NCBI GenBank assembly: GCA_951406725.2
Contig: OX597829.1
Coordinates: 10,602,001-10,666,000, forward strand
Direction of reading: 5' to 3'
DNA: 64,000 nt
From: Octopus vulgaris
Taxonomy: Eukaryota
Every line of letters starts with the position of its first letter. Position 1 is the stretch's first letter. The translations under genes and the position numbers were made by a program. Below are positions 18,331 to 32,794 of this stretch, one piece after another. The notes below the pieces were generated by a model, which saw only the letters and a list, made by a program, of their open reading frames with translations, was not told the origin of the DNA and made no database searches.

Positions 18331-18830
18331 TATTTTCCTCACCATGGTACACAGAAACGATTGTAAACTCACTCTCACTTTCACCTTTCTTAACTAATTA
18401 AATAATGGCTTCCTAGCGCAAAATAAACACTTCTTATTGTTATTTTTCCTCCATTCGTCTATATATCGTCTATATAAATTAAACTGCGGTTCATCCGCCA
18501 AATTACCTACCGCCGTATACATTTTACCAAGGACTATACCTACTGAGATAATTATCAGGAGTGCCTTTGGATATATTTATCCCTTAGAGGCTTTAAACAC
18601 CTCTTACTTATACCTGTGTATATATATGTGTGTGTGTGGGAGTGTGTGTATGTGTGTGTGTGTGTATGTAAGTATGTATATTTATATATATATATATCGA
18701 TAGACAGATATATATATATATATATATATATGAATATATATAATATATATATATATATATATACAAACACACTCATACACACACACACACACACACATAT
18801 GTATATATATATATACATGTGTGTGTGCGT

Positions 18831-18863
<33 letters not shown>

Positions 18864-19088
18864 ATACAGAGGGAGAGAGCGTGAGAGAGGTGGTGTAATG
18901 GATATTAATGTGCATGTTTTAGTTTTATGTATAATTCTATTTACATAAAAACAATCAAACATTAACAGAAAAATGCAAGCAATTCGTCTATACCCGACCT
19001 CACCTGACTGATGAAGACGAACGTCGGTGGCACTTCGTTATCACTATCAAAATACGTGGCGCGCGGACGCACAATTATAGATAAAATT

Positions 19089-19124
<36 letters not shown>

Positions 19125-20639
19125 CGTGTGTGTATATATATATAAATATATATAAATATATATATATGTATATATATATATATGTGCGTGTGTATGTGTG
19201 TGTATGTGTACGTTTCTGCGTGTGTATAAAGTATAACCGTCATTCACAGGTATGTCCTGGTAGCTTATACTTGTAAGGTGCCTGCACTGATTATTTTAGG
19301 TGTCTATGTGATGACAAGCAGGCAAATGTGATGTCTATGTGATGAAAAGCACCAACATCCAGTTCCCAGTTATTGTTACGTGAGTAGAGATGAAGAACAG
19401 GAAATTTTGTGCCTTGCCGAAGGGCAATTCGTGCCACCTGGTCCAAGTACCCAACCTGCAACCTCTTGGTCTTGAGGTCAAAGCTGTTACAATAAAACGT
19501 AAGACGAAACTTACATTCTAGTTAAGACCCATTTCACGATAATTCAAATTCTATATTCAGTATTGCGTTTTCCATTACTAAATGTTGTTTTGTTTTCTTG
19601 AAGTTGTTTTTAAAATATTCAAACATTTATACAGATTAATCACACACTTATAACCAATTAATTTTTATAACCGGAAGCACACACGCACACACACACTCAG
19701 AAGTATACACGAACACAGACATACCTAAAGATACATGTGCGCGCGCATGTTTAAAATTTCAATTTTATTTCTTTCAAAAGCATTGAGAATTCGACATGTC
19801 TGTAAGAGACTAAAGTAAGATAAATGATTGCGTATTATCTTGATTGGAGGTGGATTAACAGAACCATTCGCTTGAACTGTTATGGAAGTGTATAGCAGGA
19901 GTGGGTGTATGAGAGAGGTGGAATAATAGTTTACTGTAAGTGTTTCTGTGCAATTCCTGAAAACAATCTGTACTCTGCCTTTTTTTTTTCTATGTAATGA
20001 GAGACATCTTACGGAGATTTGATTTTTCTACCAATCCTTCCTTAATTGCTTATTAACTATAACTAAAATAATCTAACTTCCCAATCCCTACTTGATATAT
20101 TAGCTTCCACACGGAAAATGACTCAAAATTTTGCAAGTTGGGCGCCTGGCGCCTTCTCCATTAAGCCATGTCAGAAAAAAGAGAATTAAAAACAAAAGCG
20201 ATTTATTCACAAATTGCCTAATCAGGGACAGCCGAGATTTTTTCTTGATAGTAAACTGTTTTACAGGCGTGCCCAAAATTAGACTCAATACAAATTACAG
20301 GCGGAAAAAAAACACATTTAATCAAACAATATTAGTACTAATGATTATGACATTTACCATAATTGCAGTAAAAAAAGACAAGATCTTTCTTGGTGTACTT
20401 AATTACATATACATACACACATATGGTCGTTCATTTGCACGTAAATCGGACAAAGAGAGAAATAACGTAAAATAATTGTTTGATTTTTAGATAAACCTCG
20501 ACAGAGATTTACTGAAGGCTGAAAAATAACAAAGAAAATTAACAATTTGCTTGCGGAAGGCATAAGATTGTTAATTTATTATATATTACATACGAGCAGG
20601 AGTTCACTTTAACAATGAAAACCACATAATAATAAAAAT

Positions 20640-20842
20640 CCTTTCTACTATAGGTACAAGGCCTGAAATTTTGGGGTGGAGACTTGTCGATTACATCGAC
20701 CTTAGTACGCAACTGGTACTTCATTTATCGACTCCGAAAGGATGAAAGGCAAAGCTAACCTCGGCGTTATTTGAACTTAGAACGTAAAGACGAACAAAAT
20801 GCCGTGAAGTATTTCGTGCTGACGATTCTGCTAGTTCGCCGC
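20640..20842 (-). mobile_element. tRNA-derived SINE with a conserved central domain (MetaSINE-like)
   Basis: Core actggtactt..ttatcgac.ccgaaaggatgaaaggcaaag..acctcggc. Related copies at 28405-28805, 36095-36490, 42955-43085 and 59640-59750. Confidence 0.7.
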
Positions 20843-20855
20843 ATTAATAATAATG

Positions 20856-21108
<253 letters not shown>

Positions 21109-21133
21109 TAATAATGATAATAATAATAATAAA

Positions 21134-21689
21134 TGCCCTAATGCAGTACCAGACAGTGGCTCTCATGGCTTCTGATCTTAACCGATTGGAAGTATTATCA
21201 TGTACATCGTTTTGTCTCGGTATAAAAGATGGGCTACAGCAAATATTCTGCTCAATACCACAGATTTGCTTGTCAGTTGTTTGACTTTAACCAGTTGAGC
21301 ATGTCCCTTAGTGGCTGACGATATGTGCATCTCTGATCACGAGCAGAAGTAGTGGGGGAGCATCATAGCCATGTGTTGAGAGGGATTCTTTGGGGTTTGA
21401 ATAATTCACCTTTGGAAACATGGGTGTTTTGTTCATCATCCTTAAACAAACCCTTATTCAGGGACCTTTTGAATGGGATGGGCTACTCAACCTGAAGAAA
21501 ATTCTAACTGGGCCCCACCGGCAAGGTCATGTGTTGTTTATCTTGATATGAGATCACCATGTCACGCACATTTGGTTGTGATGCATTTGCCTGGTGTACC
21601 CTTATCAGACGAGAAGTCATGATGGTTATACTGGGCTTCGTATATTTTACCCCAGTGTCACTTTGATGGCATACACTACTCTCTCACTC
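21134..21689 (+). mobile_element. About 555-bp (AAT)n-associated non-autonomous element
   Basis: Full copy homologous to 12592-13147, with (AAT)n on both sides. Confidence 0.85.
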
Positions 21690-21760
<71 letters not shown>

Positions 21761-22595
21761 CAACTACTACTACTACTACTACTACAATCATAATAATGAT
21801 AATGTCGAAAAGAAAGCAACAAAATAACTGAATTATGAATTAATTTTTTTTTCTTCTTTTCACTGAATCACTGTATGTTCAATTTGGTATACAGTTTAAT
21901 TACAATATTTTTAATTAGTTTTTGCACAAGGGCACGTAGAAGTTATACTTTCAAAAACAAATTTGCTTATGACTGTTTATGAGCGATTACATCACAAGTA
22001 AAACGTTCTTGATATTAAACACATGTCAGAAGCACGTGAAGAATCCGAATTCTCACGATTCAATTGTCAAAAAGGAAGTATGAAATTAGGGTGAAGAGAA
22101 TAAAGTTACAAATGTAATTTTCCATTAAATAAAGTAATTGTTAAAGTAAAGTAAAAGTTCCATATTAATAACCAAATATACATGAGGTATATCAATTTAT
22201 TTATTTATTAAATTCTTATTCCAAATTATATTTTAAATTTTACGCAATTGGTGATGTACGCAAAATACTTAAAATAAATAGAAATGTCCTTCTTTAATTG
22301 GAGAGAAAAGACGAAGACCTAGTGATAACTGTCGGCGATGTTGAAAGAAAAGGGGAGATAATCCAAATAATGAAGACTTAATTTCAAAGAAACTTTCATT
22401 TTCATACTTTTTCCCTAATCCTCTTCAGGTATCCCATTCTTTCGCATTAACATATGCAGGCGACTTTACTTCCTGTGCAGAGAGTCACCGAAAAGATGGA
22501 AACTCAGAACCCTGCTTCAGAAGATAAGAACTATATTTATAACTAGTAAACAGTAACTTAAATATGGTGATGAGGAATGAAGGGACCCTACTTCT

Positions 22596-22684
<89 letters not shown>

Positions 22685-22685
22685 C

Positions 22686-22723
<38 letters not shown>

Positions 22724-22755
22724 TTCAATTTTAACCGTTGTCCTTGAAAAGAGTG

Positions 22756-22813
<58 letters not shown>

Positions 22814-22832
22814 ATGTATGTGTGTATGTATG

Positions 22833-22873
<41 letters not shown>

Positions 22874-23099
22874 AAATATATATATATATGTTTGTATGTG
22901 TTGGTATATGTATATGTATATACGTATGTAGAGATGGATGAGCGTTTATGTGTGTATACTTTAAGATTATACGTATATTTGTGAGTATGTGTAAGTGTCT
23001 ATATGATTGTGTACTTGTATATATGTATAAGGTTATATGTGCATATATGTATCTAAGACGTTGTATCCATTCACCGTTAGACGGTGGTGAGAGGGACAA

Positions 23100-23140
<41 letters not shown>

Positions 23141-23425
23141 AGTGTGTGTGTGTCTATATAAATGTATATGTGTGTATATATACAACATTCAACAAGGTAA
23201 TAGTTAGGTATACAACTTGAACTGACACATATCATTACATAAACATACGTTCACATGTACATACACATGTACACACACAGACACGTCTACACACCCTCCT
23301 AAATACTCACATACATACGTAAATACATAAGTACATACATACATGTGTATAGGCATGCACACATGCATGCGCACATGCATGTACACACATACATACATAC
23401 GCACATGCATACATACATACATACA

Positions 23426-23461
<36 letters not shown>

Positions 23462-23489
23462 TACATACGCACATACGCACATACATATA

Positions 23490-24478
23490 TTTATTTATGT
23501 TTTTATGGCTGCCCCCTAGTTATCGTGTATGGCCATTGCACAAAGTTACTGGTGCTGTGATCGAATATGACTTTTCAGCCCAGCCAAAGTTCTACAATGT
23601 CTTGTACAGAATTGGCAGCTAAAACCTTTACTGGTAATAGCCGGCTGTAGTTGTAACTGGGCTTCATGTACCTTTGCATGTCGTTTAAGTCCTCCTGCCG
23701 AATTATACTCTCTTCCACATGCCTGACAGATATTATTAGTATGGTATGTTACCATGTGTGGCCAGGTTGTCACTCATCTGTCTCGCTTTATGACTACGAA
23801 GATGACTCTTGAGTTCAGCTTTACTGAGGCAGGGTCTTGCACAGACACTGCATGTCAGCATCATAGGAGGACCCATCCCTTCTGGAAGTGTAACAGTGAT
23901 GCCCTTCCTGACATCCTCCTTACTTTCTCATGTGCAACTCGAGATGTCTCCTCACAAGTGGATGTCCCCTCGTGCACAATCCTTCTCCACCTGCTGCGAT
24001 CAATAGCTATGCCTTCCCAGCTGTCAGGAGAGATGCAAGCATCTCTTAAGGAAGCCTTCAGCAAGTCCTTATACCTCTTTTTTGGTTTATGTGAATGTCG
24101 TTCTCCTTTAGCTAACTCTCCATAAAAGAGTTGTTTTGGCATCCTTGAATCCTTCATCCTGACCAGATGATCACGCCATCTGAGCCTTTGTTTGAACACA
24201 AGAGCTTCTATACTTTCACACTGAGAGCCTTCCAATATTTCAAGATCACTGATGTGGTCCTTCCACTTAATGCCATAGATCCGTCTGAGGCACACCTGAT
24301 TGAAACGTTCCAGTTGTTTAAGGTGGTATCGATATGTGACCCACGTCTCGCAGGCATAGAGAAGAGAAGGGAGCACACATGCCTTGTACACCTTTATCTT
24401 TGTCTTTCTGCATATGTCTCACCGACTCCAGAGTCGCTTTTCAAGCTTTCCGAAAGCAACACTTGCTTTCCTAATTCT
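23490..24478 (-). mobile_element. RTE-clade LINE 3' fragment (RT C-terminus and two C2H2 fingers)
   Basis: RIRKASVAFGKL, YKACVLPSLLYACETW, RLRW..HLVRM.DSRMPKQLFYGEL, and CxxC..HxxxH twice in 23546-23773. Flanked by (TACA)n. Confidence 0.88.
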
Positions 24479-24821
24479 ATACATACATACATACATACAT
24501 ACATACATACATACATACATACATACATACATACATACATACATACATACATACATGCACGCACGCACATACATACATACACACACATACATACATACAT
24601 ACATACATACATACACGCACATACATACATACACGCACATACATACATACACGCACATACATACATACATACATACATACATACATACATACATACATAC
24701 ATACATACATACATACATACATACATACAGACATACATACACACATACATACGCGCACACATACATACGTACATATATATATCATGAACTAACTGTTACT
24801 TTCTCAGATGTAGCACGAAGC

Positions 24822-24872
24822 TTTGTCAGTGAAGAGGTCGCGGTCTGAAAGCGACGAAAATATTTTGACAAA
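24822..24872 (+). ncRNA. Hammerhead motif with C3G (probably inactive) in a small repeat at 24783-24960
   Basis: UUUGUCA-GUGAAGA-G-GUCGC/GCGAC-GAAAAUAUUU-UGACAAA, giving a 7-bp stem I and a palindromic AAUAUU stem III. Confidence 0.6.
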
Positions 24873-24959
24873 TTAAATTTATATGTTGAAGTGAATCTAA
24901 CGGTTTTTGTGTGTTTCTTAAATGGCTTATAATAACCTTCCACGCTGCAATTGTTCTAA

Positions 24960-25040
<81 letters not shown>

Positions 25041-25129
25041 AACGTGTCTTGAATGGCACAACAATGCAGAGTGGACTATAATAACTGTTATAATTTAATT
25101 AGCCATAGTTTGATATGATAATATTTCGG

Positions 25130-26230
25130 AATATAAAAATTCTTTCTTCAGATGTCTCTAGGAATTGATTGAGTCACTGCTATAATCGGTTTTCCAGATC
25201 CTTCTGGAATTCCTCATGAGAAGTGGGTGAGGGCGGCCATGTCTCAAGCTCGTGTGTGTTGGCACACCCGCAGCGCTGCTCCTAAGTTATGTATTATACG
25301 TGCAGTTTCTTTTTCTTCCATTTTTTATAATACATGAGCATGTTATCAAAAGTGAACCTACACGCATTCAGATGTAGCTAAATAATATATTAATTACCAA
25401 CCTCCAGCCTGTTGTTCATTTGGGGCCCTAGTCTGTCTATGAGGATAGCTTCCTTAATTTTTAGATTACCCAAATTTCTTTCATAGGCCTCAATTGTGAC
25501 TGTTATGTATCTGTCTAGATATTTTCTGAAGTAGGAAGCTCTCGTGTTCAGATGTTCTTTGATGTGGACGTGTAAACTGTCTTGTGCTACCCACATAGAA
25601 CGTGTTGCATTTATTACATTGTATTCTATACACATTTACCTGTTGGCATAAATTTGTGTCACGGATGGGGCAGTTAGCTAGTGTGCATTGATTGCTGTCC
25701 CTCATTCGTTTCTTTGCTAGGTGTCTTCTCTGAGAGGGGCCAGAGTGGGCTAGTTGTATGTCTATTTCGTCTCTTCTTATGGCTCTTCGGGTGGCTGTAG
25801 TTACCCTCTCGCTAAAATGGGCTATTTTAAGGAAGCATGTGTTGCTGGGTTTTCTGTATGTTCGGCGTGTTTGTCGTTTTGGGTACTTAAGCCGATTTAC
25901 GATGGATTTAGGGTACCCGTTGATTTTCAAATATATCTAGGAAGTGTGTAGTGTGGGTCACCTTGTCCTCCATTCTGATGCACTTCCTCTTGATGCGTGC
26001 AAGTTCATTTCTGGCGTATCTTATTTTGGCACCGAGTGGAAGTGCTGAACTGTACTGGACAAATATCTCTACTGGATGCTTTCCTGTAGAACGCGGTGTG
26101 GATCTCAACTTCTTCCGTTATGTTCAGTTGGAAGTCAAGTAGCAATTGTGATCCAGTGTCGTCGGGATGTTATACAGTGATCTGAATGTTCATGTCCATG
26201 TTGTTGAATGTCGTGAATATTCTGTCAGCC
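25130..26230 (-). mobile_element. Penelope-like element relic (RT thumb and GIY-YIG endonuclease)
   Basis: NGYP motif and VYRIQCNKCNTFYVGST, then by frameshift KEHL...LKIKEAILI...PQMN. A decayed HHR-like fold lies at 25175-25225. Confidence 0.85.
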
Positions 26231-26779
26231 TCTAGTAACAGAAGTGAAAGATAGACAGGGTCGTAGGGTACACTACTCTCATCAATATGGCCGATTCTCA
26301 TACATGTGCGATTGGGTGTTACCCTACGTGCTTCTGTTTACTCTTTACTCTTCCATGTAAATTCCTGAACATAATATATCTTAAGATATTGTCTCCCCTT
26401 ATAAGGCTATTCAGCAAGAGCACACACTGTGTGGCTACTTTTCCTTCAAATATCCACTTAAGCTGGAAGTTACAGCGGCGGCGAGATGATCATGAAGAAT
26501 AGCATTCTTTAATCCTTTTACTTGACTGCGGCCACACTGGAGCAACAGCTTCAAGGGTTTTCAGTCGAAGAAATCAACCCCAGCATTTATTATTTGTAAG
26601 CCTAGTAATTATTTCATCGGCCGCTTGTGCCGAACCGGCTGTCAAGCAGCGATGGCGGGAGCACAAATACACACACATACATATACACATACATACATAC
26701 ATACATACATACATACATACATACATACATACATACATACATACATACATACATACATACATGCATGCATACATACATA

Positions 26780-27372
26780 CAGTCAACATCGTGGTGTTTG
26801 GAGTGATCACTAGTAATGGTAACGTTATGCTTCCATTCATCTCACACAGCCTCAGACTCAACACAGAAACCTACATTAAGTACCTGAAGGATGTAGTGTT
26901 GCTCTGGGTCAAGAGGGTGGCTGCTGGAAGACCCTATGTCTGGCAACAGGACTCTGCTCAATGCCACACAAGCAGGAGAACCCAGTCATGGCTTTCAGAC
27001 AATTTCTGCGACCACATCACTCCTAACATCTGGTCAATTAACTCCCCCAGACTGCAACCCCCTTGATTATTAGGTGTGGGGCGCAATTGAGTTAAAAACT
27101 CCTTGTGAAACCAAAGATTAACTGAAGACAAAGATTATGGCAGCATTCCCCAACTTAAACAAAAAGACCGTCCAAAAGAGTTGCAGGAGATTCCGAAGTC
27201 GGCTGGAGACCGTGGTTGAAGCCAATGACGATTTTATTGAATAAGTTTACTCTTTAGTATTTCAAGATATTTTTATGTAAATTTTGGTTAAAATATATCT
27301 TTTAAAACAAGATGTTAGTGTTATTTTCATTTTTGCGTAATTTAAAGAACAATATATTCACCGCACCCCATA
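26780..27372 (+). mobile_element. Tc1/mariner-superfamily (maT/DD37D-like) transposase 3' relic
   Basis: VFGVITSNG...YVWQQDSAQCHTSRRTQSWL...W..NSP, followed by frameshifted CNPLDY.VWG and a TIR-like end. Confidence 0.75.
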
Positions 27373-27400
27373 TGTGTGTGTGTGTAGAGAGAGAGAGAGA

Positions 27401-27777
27401 GGTGCAATGGCCCAGAGGTTAGGGCAGCGGTCTCGTGGTCGTAGGATCGCGGTTTCGATTCCCAGACCGGGCAATGTCAGTGTTTATGGAGCGAAAACAC
27501 CTAAACCTTCACGAGGCTCCGGCAGGGGTGGTGGCGAACGCTGCTGTATTCTTTCACCACACCTTTCTCTCACTCTTTCTTCCTGTTTCTGTTGTACCTG
27601 TATTTCAAAGGGCCAGCATTGTCACACTCTGTGTCACGCTGAATCTCCCCGAGAACTACGTTAATGGGAACACATATCTGTGGAGTGCTCAGCCACTTAC
27701 ACGTTAATTAATCGAGTAGGCTGTTCCGTTGATTGGATCAACAGGAATACTCGTCCTCGTAACCGACGGAGTGCCAC
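27401..27777 (+). mobile_element. Full-length tRNA-derived SINE
   Basis: A box tggcccagagg and B box ggtttcgattcc in a tRNA-like head, followed by a unique body and a (CA)n tail. Confidence 0.8.
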
Positions 27778-27783
27778 GATATG

Positions 27784-27812
<29 letters not shown>

Positions 27813-27815
<3 letters not shown>

Positions 27816-28034
27816 CGCAGGAACGCTAAAATCTTCCTACCTTTAGAGATACCGCGAAAGACCTGGCTGGAGGACCAACCTTCTGAGTTCTTTTACAGGT
27901 CATAGAAAAACTGAAAGTACTCTGGAATAAGTGCGTGAATCTGAGAGTGGAATATGATGAATTAAATCATAGTTAACTAATTCTCCTGTATTTTATTCTA
28001 CCCAAACCCAGGAACTTTTCACCACTCCCTCGTA
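27813..28034 (+). mobile_element. Mariner-derived non-autonomous element
   Basis: Homologous to 5022-5231; ends ccctcgta. Confidence 0.6.
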
Positions 28035-28404
28035 TGTATGTATATTAGTTTACGTATAAACATATAAAATTTTAAGCTACTCCTAATATAATTGTGACGA
28101 ATTCTACCATCTTACTTTTAAAAAAAAGAGAAGGTATTTCTACTGGAATTTGCCATGGTGAAAATTTCTGCATTTTAGGAAATAGGTGCCATGGTTACAT
28201 CACTGATCTCAAGGTATTGTATGGTGGACTGATGAATGCATTTGTATCTATAAAGTTATCATCAGCACCGGTAACTACACTAGAAAGATAATTCTGAAAT
28301 GACCTAGGAATCTATAGCCTTCGTTATGGACATTTAGCAAAAAGTATTCACTGACTGTATGCGATCAGCTGCCAGGCTCCATTAAATTATAAATTACGTC
28401 CATT

Positions 28405-28805
28405 CTTTTCTACTCTAGGCACAAGGATCGAAATTTTGGGGGAGGGGACCGGTCGACTCCAGTATGCAACTGGTACTTAATTTATCGACCCTGAAAGGCG
28501 AAGTCGACTTCGGCGGAATTTCAACTCAGAACATAAAGACAGGAGAAATACAGCATAGCATTTCGTCCGGCGTGCTAACGTTTCTTATTTCTTTATTGCC
28601 CATAAAAGGCTACACACAGAGGGGAGAAACAAGGACAGACAAGGGAATTAAGTCGATTATATCGACCCCAGTGCGAAATTGGTACTTAAATTATTGACCC
28701 CGAAAGGATGAAAGGCAAAGTCGACCTCGGCGGAATTTGAACTCAGAACCTAAAAACAGACGAAATACAGCTTAGCATTTCGTCCGGCGTTGAGCTGGCA
28801 GAAGC
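28405..28805 (-). mobile_element. Two tandem MetaSINE-like SINE copies
   Basis: The core aaaggc.aagtcgac.tcggcggaattt.aactcagaac occurs twice. Confidence 0.7.
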
Positions 28806-28965
28806 CAGCTCACCATCTTCACATTATGTGTATTGAATAGTTTTATGAAATAAACAAACATTGAATCAGTTCAAATATGCTATTGACTTACATGACCTGT
28901 AACAAAGATATTTTCACTGCCATTTAGCATTAATAAGTCAGGGAGAAAATCCTCACATATACATG

Positions 28966-29005
<40 letters not shown>

Positions 29006-29129
29006 TAATATATTAAGTATAAGAAAGAATGGAGCTGAACGAAGATTTAACAAATTACCGGTGAGTGTGTTATATTATAAGGCACAAAAAGAAAATGACT
29101 TGCCAGACAAAACAGAATATATATACATA

Positions 29130-29164
<35 letters not shown>

Positions 29165-29174
<10 letters not shown>

Positions 29175-29510
29175 TATTAGAGACAAAACCACTATTTTGC
29201 AAAACAAACAAGGAAAAGACTTAATCAATACATAAAATTTTAATACATAAAATTTTAATAAATAGTCAGAAAAACCGCCACTACAATCGTTTCTTGTCTT
29301 GATCGACAATCTTCAGGTGGACTTCAATAATTCAGTTTCAAATTATAATTTGAAACTGAATTATTGAAGTCCACCTGAAGATTGTCGATCAAGACAAGAA
29401 ACGATAGTAGTGGCGGTTTTTTTGACTATTTATTAAAATTTTATGTATTGATTAAGTCTTTCCTTGTTTGTTTTGCAAAATAGTGGTTTTGTCTCTAATA
29501 ATATTTTATA
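29165..29510. repeat. Spacer-less palindrome with two opposed hammerheads (29278-29320 minus, 29371-29413 plus)
   Basis: Centre at 29345/29346. Each arm reads CCAC-CUGAAGA-UUGUC-GAUCAA-GACAA-GAAAC-GAU(A/U)-GUA-GUGG. The element lies between (TA)n tracts. Confidence 0.85.
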
Positions 29511-29587
29511 ATATTTTACTTTAAAATTGGATTTAATACTAAATCTGATTTTTTTTCCCTGTAAATTTGGTTTTATTCCCTAATATT

Positions 29588-29648
<61 letters not shown>

Positions 29649-29920
29649 CATAATATATATGTACATATATATATGTGTGTATGTATATAAGAATATATAT
29701 ATATACACACATATATATATATATGTATATATATATACAAATATATGTATATGTATATATATATTTATATATATATGTAGGTGTATCTAGACATATTGAT
29801 ATATACATATATACACAAACATATATATGTTTGTACATACGCATAATACATATATGTGTATATACTTAAGTATCTACATTTAAGTATATGTATATGTACA
29901 AGTGTATGTGTAAGTATATG

Positions 29921-29988
<68 letters not shown>

Positions 29989-30633
29989 TATATATGTGAG
30001 TGCGTGCGTGCGTGTGTGTGTACGCGCGCCGCGTTTCATATTTGAATTGTTTCAAACAAAACTCATTCTTCACATGTTATCATCTTTCACCTGCGTTCCT
30101 ATATCAATCTATCCACCTTTCTCACAGTCTACACGTGATCCTCCTCTTATATCTTACCCTCTTACTATTAGCTTCTATCTATCTATCTCTCCATCCCTCC
30201 CCTTCCTCTCTCTCTCCCTCTCTCTTTCTTTTGTATCCCTTCATCTTTGCACGTAGCCTTTCCTTCTCTTTTTCTCTAGAGCGTGTTAGAACGGTGAAAT
30301 AAATTACGGGACTAGATATCAAATTATGATAAATGACTACTTGAATGTATTTCAAATGGATTTAAGGCTTTGTATGTAGACATTTTGAAATGATATTAAA
30401 GGTAAATGGATCTCAGATTGAATGTATCCGTGTGATTACTACTAATTCCGAATCATATAATTACTCATGTGTTCGGTATTAATGAATCTGCATGTGGTCT
30501 CTCTCTGAGTAATTATCACTTTTGTGGCGGGAAACAAGTGAAATTAAACGAAAATAAATTAAATGGTATGGGTTTCTTGGTGTATGTGTGTATATATGTA
30601 ACAATATACATACCTACATACTTACATGCTTAC

Positions 30634-30674
<41 letters not shown>

Positions 30675-30976
30675 AAAATACACAAATATTCACATACACA
30701 TTTAGACGCACACTAACTTAAATAGATAGCTAAACACATACATTTATATTTACATACAAATAAGCATATATAATACATATATGTGTATGTATATGTTTGT
30801 GTGTGTAAGTGTGCGTGTGTTTATGAATATAAAAACTTACACACGCCTACACACACACACTCACACACATATATATGAATGTGTATATGTATATATTAAT
30901 ATTAATTTCGAATATATTACATTGTATGTGAATGCACGAGTATATACAGATCAGTATATGCATATATATATACATG

Positions 30977-31033
<57 letters not shown>

Positions 31034-31065
31034 TCAAAATAAGCAACAAGAATGACTCTGGTAAT

Positions 31066-31151
31066 TTGGTTCGATCGTTTCGTACTACATCATTTTATTA
31101 AATGTTGTAACAATTACAACAGTTTTAAAATGCTGAGTACTCATCAGCCAA
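31066..31151 (-). ncRNA. Hammerhead motif at the 3' end of the Penelope-like element (long stem II, U16.1A)
   Basis: UUGG-CUGAUGA-GUACU...long hairpin...AGUAC-GAAAC-GAUC-GAA-CCAA. Confidence 0.72.
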
Positions 31152-32005
31152 TTATAGAGGTTTTCCATTAATACAAAAATTCTCATATCAAGTAGCAATA
31201 TTATAGAGAAAGTAGATACATAGTCAAAGATGTGGATTTAAATTTTAAGAACATTTGAGGTAGTGGAGCTCATCAAACTGACTGACTAAGATTCAGTTAT
31301 TTCAAACTACTTTAAGGTTCTGAGAATGAAGAACAAGTGAGAGGAGGCAATAAAGATTTTCTAATTATAGAAATGGGGTAAAGGGGATGTCATAGCTCCA
31401 TATAAGGAATTTGTGTGGGAGACAGCTTTGTCACAACTAAATGCCAATTACTAATATTCGATGAACAGATTCAGCGTTAGGAGAACTAGGTCAATGTCAA
31501 ATGGGCACAACAATATTCCCAGAGAATGCAGAGACCTTACAAACCATATACATATCATCACAACAGTATTGGAGAGCACTATAGAAAAGGAGAATTTAAT
31601 TCTAAGTTTGTAATGAAGTTTTTTAATCATTTATGGGTGATAAACTAAAACCTCTATGGTATATTCGTTCCTATTTGGTTAAATATATTTTGTAAATATA
31701 TCTTAGACTAATTATATATTAAGAAATGGAAGTGAGGTAATCAAGGTGAACTGAATAGTTTCTTTATGGACATAGGATTCATACTATTTAGTATTCCTAC
31801 AATTTGGGATTCATGCTATTTAGGATTCCAACTATTTTGATTCATACAGTTTAATTTTAGAAAAAAGAATAATTTAATTTTAAGTTTGCAGTAAAGTTAT
31901 TTTAGTCATCTATAAATGTTAAATTGAAAGCTATTATGGTATATTCCTACTTATTTGGTTATAAAGAATTAAAATCTGAAAAATATAGGAATAATCACAA
32001 AAATA

Positions 32006-32654
32006 TTACTTAAAGTATTTAAACGTTCGGGTTGTACGATGTATACAGGATGCTCCCAGCTCCAAACGGTTATTCAACAGATTTGTAGTACTCAAATTTT
32101 TTAAAATTTCATAAGTTTCCATAGAACAAAGTTGACAACCATCCCTACTATTTCTATAAGGTTGCGCTCTTCTAACTATATCCCATTTTAGGTTGAATTC
32201 TATATTATTTGTTTTTAGTTCCCAAATTTTGCTAGATAATTTTGTGCAACCTGCCTTATGTTTGAGCCTAAAAGAGGAAAAATGATTGTTAAGACGTCTT
32301 TTAAGATCCACCGAACAACCGAAATAAAGAAAGCTATTGTTTGAAGTTATTATCGTGCATTTATAAATCACGTTTCGGACCGAACAACGGCCAGATACCG
32401 GACATTTTGATCTAATCCTACAATTACAACAGGGGGGATAGTGTCCGATACTGGAATTATATAAGGATAGTTCACTTCCATTACTGTTATTTAAATTATT
32501 GTTAGAATTAGTATTATTTTCACTATTAGTAATTATGTTGTTATGCAAACTAGGGTTACTAATTATTAATCCATCCTCATTATTATCACCTACCATACTT
32601 TTATCTATACCACCTATATTATTGATATTGCTATTATCACTATTTACATCAATG

Positions 32655-32742
<88 letters not shown>

Positions 32743-32794
32743 CATTATTGCTATTTTTACAATTATTGTTACTATCATTGTTGTTACTATTCAT
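32006..32794 (-). pseudogene. GIY-YIG endonuclease domain with a poly-Asn linker (Penelope-like element)
   Basis: VIYKCTI...YFGCS..LKRRLNNH..SF, LSSKIWELK and LLNNRLE. Confidence 0.85.

Noticed and set aside
19005-19060. CUGAUGA followed by a GACGAA/UUCGUU hairpin
   Set aside because: No correctly placed GAAA, NUH or stem I partner.
21134-21210. Possible HDV-like or twister ribozyme at the 5' end of the 555-bp element
   Set aside because: Hairpins are present but I could not build the required pseudoknots or catalytic motifs.
27401-27475. tRNA-like sequence
   Set aside because: It continues into a SINE body and tail, so it is a SINE head rather than a tRNA gene.
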